Positions 39,566-52,654 of a stretch of 64,000 nt of DNA are shown here, in pieces. How positions within the stretch are numbered: position 1 is the first letter of the stretch; every line of letters begins with the position of its first letter. This DNA is from Anaeramoeba ignava BMAN (taxonomy: Eukaryota; Protista; Anaeramoebae). The notes under the pieces are model-generated. The model did not search any database. It saw only the letters and a list, made by a program, of their open reading frames with translations, and was not told where the DNA came from. The stretch lies in NCBI GenBank assembly GCA_028826165.1, contig JAPDFW010000029.1, positions 1-64,000 of the forward strand, read 5' to 3'. Both the position numbers and the translations under genes were made by a program.

Positions 39566-41934
39566 ATTTCATTTTCAATTTCATTTTCAATTTCAACTTA
39601 TATTTTATAAACAATTTAATAAATATTTTTAATTGTAATTTATTTTATTTTCATTTTATTTTGTGTGTAAATAAATTTTGAAAAATCAAAAATAAAATTA
39701 ATAAAATAAAAATAAATTTTGAAAATAATAATTGAATTATTAATAAAATAAAAATATTAGAATTAATTAATTAATTAATTATAAATGAAAATTTATTATT
39801 ATTAATTATTAAAATAAATAAATTTGAAATGAAAATAATAAATAAAAATGAATATTAATTATATTATATAAATATAATGAATGGATATATAATTAATAAA
39901 ATATATAATAATAAATATCAATTCAAAAATATATATAGTATAAAATGTTTAAAAATAAAAATAAATTTTTAAAAGTATAAATCAAAATAAATAATATTTT
40001 TATCAACTTTATTTCAATTTATATAAATATAAATCAAAAAAAATAAAAAAATCAAATTTTATTCTAATTTATATATTTTAAACATTTTTCAATAATAAAT
40101 ATTAAATCAAAATATATATTCAAAATTAATATAATAATGGAATCAAATTTATTATCAATATTATATTAATAAATAATATAATAAATATAATATCAGAATA
40201 ATAAATATATTAATAAAAATATATTTTATTAAATATTCTTTTTTGGATTTGATTTTTATTTTGTAATTCTTTTTATATTTTTAGAATAATTATTTATTTA
40301 TTTTCATTTATTATTTTATTCAAAATTTCATTTTAATTTCATTTACAATTTAATTTATTTTAAATATAATTTAATTTCATTTTCATTTTCATTTTCATTT
40401 TCAATTTCAATTTAATTTAGATTTGAATTATAAAATAAATGAAATTAAATAAAATTAATAATTAATTAATATTAAATAAATATTCTATTTATATTCATTA
40501 TTATTATTAATAACTATTTATATATCTATTCATTTTATTTGATTTATTTATTTGATTTATTTGATTTATTTATTCATCTCATTTTAAATTAATTTATTGA
40601 AAATTTTGTAACAAAAATAAATAAATAAATAAATAAAATATAAGTAATTTAATTTAATTTAATTTAATTTAATTTAATTTAATTTAATTTAATTTAATTT
40701 AATTTAATTTAATTTAATTTAATAAAAAGATAAAAAGTATTTTTGAAATGGAGAAAATAAAATTATAAATTAAAAGGAGAAAAAATAGAAAAGATAAAAA
40801 GTATTTTTTAAAAGATAAAAGTATTTTTTGAAATGGAGAAAATATAAAAAATAAAGGAGAAAAAAATAAATATAAAATTGATAATTGTTTTAATTATTTT
40901 TATTTCTTTATTATTTTATTATTTTATTATTTTATTATTCTTTTATCAAAAATATAAATAATATTTATAAATAATAATTTAATTTTCATTTCAAAAATAA
41001 TTAATCTATAAAATATTAAATAATAATTAATATTAATATTAATTCAATTATATTCAATTTTCAACTTAAAATTTAATTTAATTTAATTTTCATTTTCAAT
41101 TTCAATTTATATTTTGTAAACAATTTAATAAATATTTTTAATTGTAATTTATTTTATTTTCATTTTATTTTTGTGTGTAAATGAATTTTGAAAAATCAAA
41201 AATAAAATTAATAAAATAAATAAAAATAAATTTTGAAAATAATAATTGAATTATTAATAAAATAAAAATATTAGAATTAATTAATTAATTAATTTAAATC
41301 AAAATTTATTATTATTAATTATTAAAATAAATAAATTTGAAATGAAAAATAATAAATAAAAATGAATATTAATTATATTATATAAATATAATAAATGAAT
41401 ATATAATTAATAAATATGTAATAATAAATATCAATTCAAAAATATATGTAATGTAAAATGTTTAAAAATAAAAATAAATTTTTAAAAGTATAAATCAAAA
41501 TAAATAATATTTTTATCAACTTTAATTTCAATTTATATAAATATAAATCAAAAAAATAAAAAAATCAAATTTTATTCTAATTTATATATTTTAAACATTT
41601 TTCAATAATAAATATTAAATCAAAATATATATTCAAAATTAATATAATAATGGAATCAAATTTATTATCAATATTATATTAATAAATAATATAATAAATA
41701 TAATATCAGAATAATAAATATATTAATAAAAATATATTTTATTAAATATTCTTTTTGGATTTGATTTTTATTTTGTAATTCTTTATATTTTTAGAATAAT
41801 TATTTATTTATTTTCATTTATTATTTTATTCAAAATTTCATTTTAATTTCATTTACAATTTAATTTATTTTAAATATAATTTAATTTCATTTTCATTTTC
41901 AATTTCATTTTCATTTTCAATTTCATATTTATAT

Positions 41935-43385
41935 ATATAATTAATCAATTTAATTTTCAATTTATTTATAATTTATATTCAAAAAATAAAAAATCAATTT
42001 CTCTCTATATATAAAATATATAAATTTAATTTTCAATTTATTTATAATTTAAATTCAAAAATAAAAAATCAATTTATTTATATATATTATAAACAAATTT
42101 ATAACAAAATAATTAATTAATTTAATTTCCAATTTATTTATAATTTATATTCAAAAATAAAAAATCAATTTCTCTCTATATATAAAATATATAAATTTAA
42201 TTTTCAATTTATTTCAATTCAAATTAAAAATAAAAATCAATTTATTTATATATATTATAAACATATTTATAATAAAATAATTAATCAATTTAATTTTCAA
42301 TTTATTTATAATTTATATTCAAAAATAAAAAATCAATTTCTCTCTATATATAAAAATATATAAATTTATTTTTCAATTTATTTATAATTTAAATTTAAAA
42401 TAAAAAAAAATCAATTTATTTATATATATTATAAACAAATTTATAACAAAATAATTAATTAATTTAATTTTCAATTTATTTATAATTTATATTCAAAATA
42501 AAAATCAATTTCTCTCTATATATAAAATATATAAATTTAATTTTCAATTTATTTCAATTTAAATTTAAAAATAAAAAAAATCAATTTATTTATATATATT
42601 ATAAACAAATTTATAACAAAATAATTTATAAATTTAATTCCCAATTTATTTATAATTTATATTCAAAAATAAAAATCAATTTCTCTATATATAAAATATA
42701 TAAATTTATTTTTCAATTTGTTTATAATTCAAATTAAAAATAAAAATCAATTTATTTATATATATAATAAAACAAATTTATAATAAAATAATTCAATTAA
42801 TTTAATTTTCAATTTATTTATAATTTTTAATTCAAAAATAAAAATCAATTTCTCTCTATATATAAAATATATAAATTTATTTTTCAATTTATAATTAAAA
42901 TTTAAAAATAAAAATCAATTTATTTATATATATTATAAACAAATTTATAACAAAATAATTTATTAATTTAATTCCCAATTTATTTATAATTTATATTCAA
43001 AAATAAAAATCAATTTCTCTCTATATAAAATATATAAATTTAATTTTCAATTTATTTATAATTTAAATTTAAAAATAAAAATCAATTTATTTATATATAT
43101 TATAAACAAATTTATAATAAAATAATTTATTAATTTAATTTCCAATTTATTTATAATTTATATTCAAAAATAAAAATCAATTTCTCTCTATATATAAAAT
43201 ATATAAATTTAATTTTCAATTTATTTATAATTTAAATTAAAAATAAAAATCAATTTATTTATATATATAATAAACAAATTTATAACAAAATAATTAATTA
43301 ATTTAATTTCCAATTTATTTATAATTTATATTCAAAAATAAAAATCAATTTCATATATAAAATACATAAATTTATTTTTCAATTT
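41935..43385. repeat. S170 satellite array, ~8-9 copies
   Basis: Same unit as 2545-3125. Confidence 0.93.
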
Positions 43386-44421
43386 GATTTGAATTTGAAT
43401 TTGAATTTGAAGGGAATTTGAATAATAATTTAATTTTAATTCATAATTTAATTTATTTTTATTTTTATTTTTAATTTATGTTTTTAATTTTTTGAATTTT
43501 TATTTTAATTTATTTAATTTTAATTTGAATTTTTAATTTGAATTTAAATTTAAAATTTAATTTAATTTGAATTTAATTTGAATTTGAATTTTAATTTGAA
43601 TTTGATTTGAATTTAATTTGAATTTAATTTGATTTGAATTTAAAACAAATATTTATTTCTTTTGGTTATTTTTCTTTTTTTTTCATTTTCAATTACATTT
43701 CATTTCATTTCATTTTCAATTACATTTTCAATTACATTTTCAATTACATTTTCAATTACATTTTCAATTACATTTTCAATTACATTTTCAATTACATTTT
43801 CAATTACATTTTCAATTACATTTTCAATTACATTTTCAATTTATTTTTTAATTTATTTTCAATTTCAATTTTTATTTTGTAAACAATTTAATAAATATTT
43901 TTAATTGTAATTTATTTTATTTTCATTTTATTTTTGTGTAAATGAATTTTTGAAAAATCAAAAAAAAAAATAAAATTAAATAAAAATAAATTTTGAAAAT
44001 AATAATTGAATTATTAATAAAATAAAAAATATTAGAATTAATTAATTAATTAATTATAAATGAAAATTTATTATTATTAATTATTAAAATAAATAAAATT
44101 TGAAATGAAAAATAATAAATAAAAATGAATATTAATTATATTATATAAATATAATGAATGAATATATAATTAATAAATATATAATAATAAATATCAATTC
44201 AAAATATATATAATGTAAAATGTTTAAAAAATAAAAATAAATTTTTAAAAGTATAAATCAAAATAAATAATATTTTTTTTATCAACTTTATTTCAATTTA
44301 TATAAATATAAATCAAAAAAAAAATAAAAAAAAATCAAATTTTATTCTAATTTATAAAAAGAAAAGAAAAGAAAAAGAAAAAAAAAAATAAAAAAAAAAT
44401 AAAATAAATTAATAAAAAAAA

Positions 44422-44788
44422 GTGAATAGTGCCCGCCTCCCTCCCCGTTAACACCGACTTACAGCCGTTGTTACCAACCCTCAGGGTTGTCAAACCTCGA
44501 TATTCGAAATGTCTTGTATGTTGTTTTGGAATTACAAACTGAGATTTGTCAAACAAGTCTTTCATATGGATTTATTTATTTGTTTATTCGAAAGGAATCC
44601 TTTCTCATTAAATAAATCCTATTCGGATTTGTTTGACAAATCTCTCAGTTTTAAAAATACATACTCGCTTTCGCTCGGTTGCTCCTCTTACCCCCTTTTC
44701 ACTAGTTTTAGTTCCCCTCACTAATATGTGTTTGTAAGTGATATACTTACCTCTTTATATCTTGAAAAATGGGTTGAAAATGGAGAAT
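44422..44788. ncRNA. Element B copy 3 (most complete): ~330-bp GC-enriched structured element, candidate ncRNA or cis-element
   Basis: C-rich ends, small hairpins (TAACA..TGTTA, CAACCCT/AGGGTTG, GTAAGT/ACTTAC) and a long central hairpin. Family unassigned. Confidence 0.5.
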
Positions 44789-46339
44789 ATTTATTTTCAA
44801 TTTTTGTAAAAAGTATTATCAATTATGGGAAAAAAATTATTAAAAAAAAACAAAAAGAATTGTTTTTATTTATTTATTTATTTACAACAGAATGTAATTT
44901 AGATTTTTTTTTTCAATGAATTTATTTTTATTAAATATCTTTTTCATTTATAAATCATTAAGAAAAGAAATGAAAATATTTTATTTTATTTTATTTTCCA
45001 ACATTAAAATATTATAAATTAATGAATAAATAATCAAATTATTATTATTATTACTTCTAATATATAATTAATAAATATAAATCAAAAGAAAAATGAAAAA
45101 TAAAATCAAAAATATATGTATTACAAACATTTTTCAAAAAATACATATCAATTTAATTATATTCAAAATTAATATAATAATATAATCAAATTAATTATCA
45201 ATATTATATTAATAAATAATATAATAAATATAATATCAGAATAATAAATATATTAATAAAAATATATTTTATTAAATATTCTATTAAATATTCTTTTGGA
45301 ATAATTAATATTTATTTTGATTTCATTTCTTTTTGAAATTTCATTTTCATTTTAATTTTCAATTTTGATTTACAATTAAATTTATTTTTAATCAATTTTG
45401 AATTTTTGAATTTTAAATTTTAAAATTAAATATTTACATCTATTTATTATACTTAATTTATTTATTCATTTTATTTTAAATTAAATTAAATAAAAATATT
45501 AGAATTAATTATAAAATGAAAATTTATTATTATTAATTATTAAAATAAATAAATTTGAAATGAAAAATAATAAATAAAAATGAATATTAATTATATTATA
45601 TAAATATAAATAATGAATATATAATTAATAAATATATAATAATAAATATCAATTCAAAATATATATAATGTAAAAATGTTTAAAAATAAAAATAAATTTT
45701 TAAAAGTATAAATCAAAATAAATAATATTTTTATCAACTTTATTTCAATTTATATAAATATAAATCAAAAAAAATCAAAATTTTATTCAATTTTTATATA
45801 TTTTAAACATTTTCAATAATAAATATTAAATCAAAATATATATTCAAAATTAATATAATAATGTAATCAAATTTATTATCAATATTATATTAATAAATAA
45901 TATAATAAATATAATATCAGAATAATAAATATATTAATAAAAATATATTTTATTAAATATTCTTTTTTTTGATTTGATTTTTATTTTGTAATTCTTTTTA
46001 TATTTTTTAGAATAATTATTTATTTATTTTCATTTATTATTTTATTCAAAATTTCATTTTAATTTCATTTACAATTTAATTTATTTTAAATATAATTTAA
46101 TTTCATTTTCATTTTCATTTTCATTTTCAATTTAATTTGATTTGAATTTAATTTGATTTGATTTGGATTTGATTTGATTTCAATTTGATTTTAATTTGAA
46201 TTTAATTTGAATTTGAATTTAATTTGAATTTTAATTTAATTTTCAATTTAGATTACAATCAACTTTACATAATAAATAAACACAAAAAAAAATCAATCAA
46301 TATTCATTTCTGATTTTTATTTTGATTTTTCTTATTATT

Positions 46340-49175
46340 TTGAATTCAATTTACAATTAAATTAAATAAATATAATTTACAATTAAATTAAATAAATTAA
46401 TTCAATTTACAATTAAATTACAATTAAATTCAATTTACAATTAAATTACAATTAAATTCAATTTACAATTAAATATAATTCAATTTACAATTAAATATAA
46501 TTCAATTTACAATTAAATATAATTCAATTTACAATTAAATATAATTCAATTTACAATTAAATATAATTCAATTTACAATTAAATCAATAAATAATTCAAT
46601 TTACAATTAAATCAATAATTAATTCAATTTACAATTAAATCAATAAATAATTCAATTTACAATTAAATCAATAATTAATTCAATTTACAATTAAATCAAT
46701 AAATAATTCAATTTACAATTAAATCAATAAATAATTCAATTTACAATTAAATTAAATTAAATTCAATTTACAATTAAATTAAATTAAATTCAATTTACAA
46801 TTAAATTAAATTAAATTCAATTTACAATTAAATCAATAAATAATTCAATTTACAATTAAATCAATAAATAATTCAATTTACAATTAAATCAATAAATAAT
46901 TCAATTTACAATTAAATCAATAAATAATTCAATTTACAATTAAATCAATAAATAATTCAATTTACAATTAAATCAATAAATAATTCAATTTACAATTAAA
47001 TTAAATAAATAAATTCAATTTACAATTAAATTCAATTCAATTTACAATTAAATTAAATAAATAAATTCAATTTTACAATTAAATAAAATAAATAAATTCA
47101 ATTTACAATTAAATTAAATAAATTAAATTCAATTTACAATTAAATTAAATAAAATAAATTTAATTTTACAATTAAATTAAATAAAAAATAATTCAATTCA
47201 ATTTACAATTAAATTAAATAAATTCAATTTAATTTACAATTAAATTAAATAAATAATTCAATTCAATTTACAATTAAATTAAATAAATTCAATTTAATTT
47301 ACAATTAAATTAAATAAATTCAATTTAATTTACAATTAAATTAAATAAATTCAATTTAATTTACAATTAAATTAAAAATAAATTCAATTTACAATTAAAT
47401 AAATAAATAAATTCAATTTACAATTAAATTACATTCAATTTACAATTAAATAAATTCAATTTACATTTAAATTACATTCAATTTACAATTAAATTACATT
47501 CAATTTACAATTAAATTACATTCAATTTACAATTAAATTACATTCAATTTACAATTAAATTACATTCAATTTACAATTAAATTACATTCAATTTACAATT
47601 AAATTACATTCAATTTACAATTAAATTACATTCAATTTACAATTAAATTACATTCAATTTACAATTAAATTAAATATAATTCAATTTACAATTAAATTAA
47701 ATATAATTCAATTTACAATTAAATCAAATATAATTCAATTTACAATTAAATCAAATATAATTCAATTTACAATTAAATTAAATAAATAATTCAATTTACA
47801 ATTAAATTAAATAAATAATTCAATTTACAATTAAATTAAATAAATAATTCAATTTACAATTAAATTAAATAAATAATTCAATTTACAATTAAATTAAATA
47901 AATTAATTCAATTTACAATTAAATTAATAAATATAATTCAATTTACAATTAAATTAATAAATATAATTCAATTTACAATTAAATTAAATAAATATAATTC
48001 AATTTACAATTAAATTAAATAAATATAATTCAATTTACAATTAAATTAATAATAAATTCAATTTACAATTAAATTAAATAAATATAATTCAATTTACAAT
48101 TAAATTAATAATAAATTCAATTTACAATTAAATTAATAATAAATTCAATTTACAATTAAATTAATAATAAATTCAATTTACAATTAAATTAAATAAATTA
48201 ATTCAATTTACAATTAAATTAAATAAATATAATTCAATTTACAATTAAATTAAATAAATTAATTCAATTTACAATTAAATTAAATAAATTAATTCAATTT
48301 ACAATTAAATTAAATAAATATAATTCAATTTACAATTAAATTAAATTACATTCAATTTACAATTAAATTAAATAAATTAATTCAATTTACAATTAAATTA
48401 ATAATAAATTCAATTTACAATTAAATTAAATAAATTAATTCAATTTACAATTAAATTAAATAAATTCAATTCAATTTACAATTAAATTAAATAAATTAAT
48501 TCAATTTACAATTAAATTAAATAAATATAATTCAATTTACAATTAAATTAAATAAATAAATTCAATTTACAATTAAATTAATAATAAATTCAATTTACAA
48601 TTAAATTAAATAAATTAATTCAATTTACAATTAAATTAAATAAATTAATTCAATTTACAATTAAATTAAATAAATTAATTCAATTTACAATTAAATTAAA
48701 TAAATATAATTCAATTTACAATTAAATTAAATAAATATAATTTAATTTACAATTAAATTAAATAATAATATAATTCAATTTACAATTAAATTAAATAATA
48801 ATTTAATTCAATTTACAATTAAATCAAAAATTAATTCAATTTACAATTAAATCAAAAATTAATTCAATTTACAATTAAATCAAAAATTAATTCAATTTAC
48901 AATTAAATCAAAAATTAATTCAATTTACAATTAAATCAAAAATTAATTCAATTTACAATTAAATCAAAAATTAATTCAATTTACAATTAAATCAAAAATT
49001 AATTCAATTTACAATTAAATCAAAAATTAATTCAATTTACAATTAAATCAAAAATTAATTCAATTTACAATTAAATTAAATAAATAATTCAATTTACAAT
49101 TAAATCAAAAATTAATTCAATTTACAATTAAATCAAAAATTAATTCAATTTACAATTAAATTAAATAAATTACAT
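46340..49175. repeat. S25 array 4 (~100 units, clean, with runs of linker variants)
   Basis: Core AATTCAATTTACAATTAAA with linkers such as TAT, TCAATAAAT, TTAAATAAAT, TCAAAAATT. Confidence 0.96.
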
Positions 49176-50511
49176 TTTGATTTGATTTTATTTATTTATT
49201 AATAAAATGAATTTATGTTCAAACACTTATTTTTCAATTTTATTTGATTTTTATTTGATTTTCATTGTTTTATTTTGATTTTCAATTATTTTGAATTAAA
49301 ACAGAACAAAAAGTAAATCTATATTGAATAAAGTTATTTTATTATATTTTTTATTCAATTTAATATAAAACAATTATTTCACTTCAATTATACAATAAAA
49401 TTGAAGTATATTTTGAATTAATTTACAACATAATTCCATTTAATTCACATTTATTTCAATTCAAATTTATATTCAATTTTATTTATAGTTAATTTATAAA
49501 GGAAATAAAAAGGAAATTAAAATGGGGTTGGGTTGAAGGTGCATAAGGAGATTAATAATAATTTATTCATAATTTATTCATAATTTAATTTATTTTTTAT
49601 TTTTATTTTTAATTTATGTTTTTAATTTTGAAATTTATTTTTATATTTGATATATACATTTTTAGTATTTTGTAAATTAAAATATTTATAAATAAATATT
49701 TATTTTAATTTAATTTAATTTTAATTTAATTTAATTTAATTTAATTTTGTTTTTTATTAATTTAGAATTAATAATCAATTTTTAAAATATAATATATATT
49801 TTATCTTCTTTTTCTTCTTCTATTTATTTATTTACTTATTTGCAATTTCATTTTCAATTTAATTTAATTTAATTTTCAATTTCATTTTACAATTTAATTT
49901 CTATTTTCATTTTAATTTTCAATTTAATTTAATTTTAATTCAATTTAATTCATATTTTATATTTTATAAATTAAATAAATAAAATATTTTTAATTGTAAT
50001 TTATTTTATTTTCATTTTATTTTGTGTGTAAATGAATTTTGAAAAATCAAAAATAAAATTAATAAAATAAAAATAAATTTTGAAAATAATAATTGAATTA
50101 TTAATAAAATAAAAATATTAGAATTAATTAATTAATTAATTATAAATCAAAAATTTATTATTATTAATTATTAAAATAAATAAATTTGAAATGAAAAATA
50201 ATAAATAAAAAATGAATATTAATTATATTATATAAATATAAAGAATGAATATATAATTAATAAATATATAATAATAAATATCAATTCAAAATATATATAA
50301 TATAAAATGTTTAAAAAATAAAAATAAATTTTTAAAAGTATAAATCAAAATAAATAATATTTTTTTAATCAACTTTATTTCAATTTATATAAATATAAAT
50401 CAAAAAAAAAATAAAAAAAAATCAAATTTTATTCTAATTTATAAAAAGAAAAGAAAAAAGAAAAGAAAAAAAAAAAGAAAAAATAAAAAAAAAGTAAATA
50501 AATTAATAAAA

Positions 50512-50823
50512 CTCAGGGTTGTCAAACCTCGATATTCGAAATGTCTTGTATGTTGTTTTGGAATTACAAACTGAGATTTGTCAAACAAGTCTTTCATATG
50601 GATTTATTTATTTGTTTATTCGAAAGGAATCCTTTCTCATTAAATAAATCCTATTCGGATTTGTTTGACAAATCTCAGTTTGTCAAAACACATACTCGCT
50701 TTCGCTCGGTTGCTCCTCTTACCCCCCTTTCACTAGTTCTCCCCCCGTTCCCCTCACTAATATGTGTTTGTAAGTGATATACTTACCTCTTTATATCTTG
50801 AAAAATGGGTTGAAAATGGGGAA
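50512..50823. ncRNA. Element B copy 4 (left ~55 bp missing; best-preserved hairpin 50548-50695)
   Basis: ACAAACTGAGATTTGTCAAACAAGTC (50566-50591) pairs with GATTTGTTTGACAAATCTCAGTTTGT (50658-50683): 25 Watson-Crick pairs plus 1 G-U. Confidence 0.5.
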
Positions 50824-52654
50824 TATTTATTTTCAATTTTTTGTAAAAGTATTATCAATTATGGAAAAAAAAATTTATTAAAAAAAAACAAAAAGAATTG
50901 TTTTTATTTATTTATTTACAACAGAATGTAATTTAGATTTATTTTTCAATGAATTTATTTTATTAAATATCTTTTTTTTTTTCATTTATAAATCATTAAG
51001 AAAAGAAATGAAATGAAAATATTTTATTTTATTTTCCAACATTAAAATATTATAAATTAATGAATAAATAATCAAATTATTATTATTATTACTTCTAATA
51101 TATAATTAATAAATATAAATCAAAAAGAAAAATGAAAAAATAAAATCAAAATATATATATTACAAACATTTTTCAAAAATAAATATCAATTTAAATATAT
51201 TCAAAATTAATATAATAATGTAATCAAATTAATTATCAATATTATATTAATAAATAATATAATAAATATAATATAAGAATAATAAATCTATTAATAAAAA
51301 TATATTTTATTAAATATTCTATTAAATATTCTTTTGGAATAATTAATATTTATTTTGATTTCATTTCTTTTTGAAATTTCATTTTCATTTTCAATTTCAA
51401 TTTTGATTTACAATTAAATTTATTTTTAATCAATTTTGAATTTTGAATTTTAAATTTTAAATTAAATATTTACATCTATTTATTATACTTAATTTATTTA
51501 TTCATTTTATTTTTAAATTAAATTAAATAAAAATATTAGAATTAATTAATGAATTAATTATAAATCAAAATTTATTATTATTAATTATTAAAATAAATAA
51601 ATTTGAAATGAAAAATAATAAATAAAAATGAATATTAATTATATTATATAAATATAATGAATGAATATATAATTAATAAATATATAATAATAAATATTAA
51701 TTCAAAATATATATAATGTAAAATGTTTAAAAATGAAAATAAATTTTTAAAAGTATAAATCAAAATAAATAATATTTTTTTATCAACTTAATTTCAATTT
51801 ATATAAATATAAATCAAAAAAAAATAAAAAAAATCAAATTTTATTCTAATTTATATATTTTAAACATTTTCCAATAATAAATATTAAATCAAAAATATAT
51901 ATTCAAAATTAATATAATAATGAAATCAAATTTATTATCAATATTATATTAATAAATAATATAATAAATATAATATAAGAATAATAAATATATTAATAAA
52001 AATATATTTTATTAAATATTCTTTTTGGATTTGATTTTTATTTTGTAATTCTTTTTATATTTTTTAGAATAATTATTTATTTATTTTCATTTATTATTTT
52101 ATTCAAAATTTCATTTTAATTTCATTTACAATTTAATTTATTTTAAATATAATTTAATTTCATTTTCATTTTCATTTTCAATTTAATTTTCATTTCAATT
52201 TCATTTTAATTTGAATTTAATTTGAATTTAATTTAATTTTAATTTTAATTTGAATTTAATTTGATTTGAATTTTATTTGATTTGATTTGAATTTTAATTT
52301 GAATTTGAATTTGAATTTGATTTGAATTTGAATTTGAATTTGAATTTTTATTTGAATTTAATTTGGATTTAATTTGAATTTGAATTTGATTTGAATTGAA
52401 TTTAATTTGAATTTGAATTTAATTGAATTTGATTTCAATTTGAATTTAATTTGAATTTGAATTTAATTTGAATTTGAATTTGAATTTAATTTGAATTTAA
52501 TTTGAATTTAATTTGAATTTAATTTGAATTTGATTTGAATTCATTTAAATTTTCAATTTAGATTAAAATCAACTTTACATAATAAATAAACACAAAAAAA
52601 ATCAATCAATATTCATTTCTGATTTTTATTTTGATTTTTTTTATTATTTTTATT

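Noticed and set aside
39359-43904. FQLH/FNYI/FSIT ORFs
   Set aside because: Translations of the (CAATTACATTTT)n minisatellite.
44447-44455. Short words shared by elements A/rod and B (GTTAACACC inverted, ACATACTC, CTCCCCG)
   Set aside because: 7-9-mers in inconsistent orientation and order; not enough to claim homology or pairing.
44478-44485. CCCTCAGG in B is complementary to the lineage-specific LSU CCTGAGGG (1080-1087), suggesting a snoRNA guide
   Set aside because: Only 8 nt, sequestered in the CAACCCT/AGGGTTG hairpin, and not followed by a CTGA D box.
44743-44800. ATACTTACCT as the start of a U1 snRNA gene
   Set aside because: The downstream sequence lacks the U1-70K loop (GATCAC), the U1A loop (ATTGCAC) and the cloverleaf.
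44347-50777. Element B ORFs (MSCMLFWNYK..., MKDLFDKSQ..., ...YLEKWVENGEY...)
   Set aside because: Short, open on both strands across an inverted repeat, frameshifted between copies, and without a recognisable domain.
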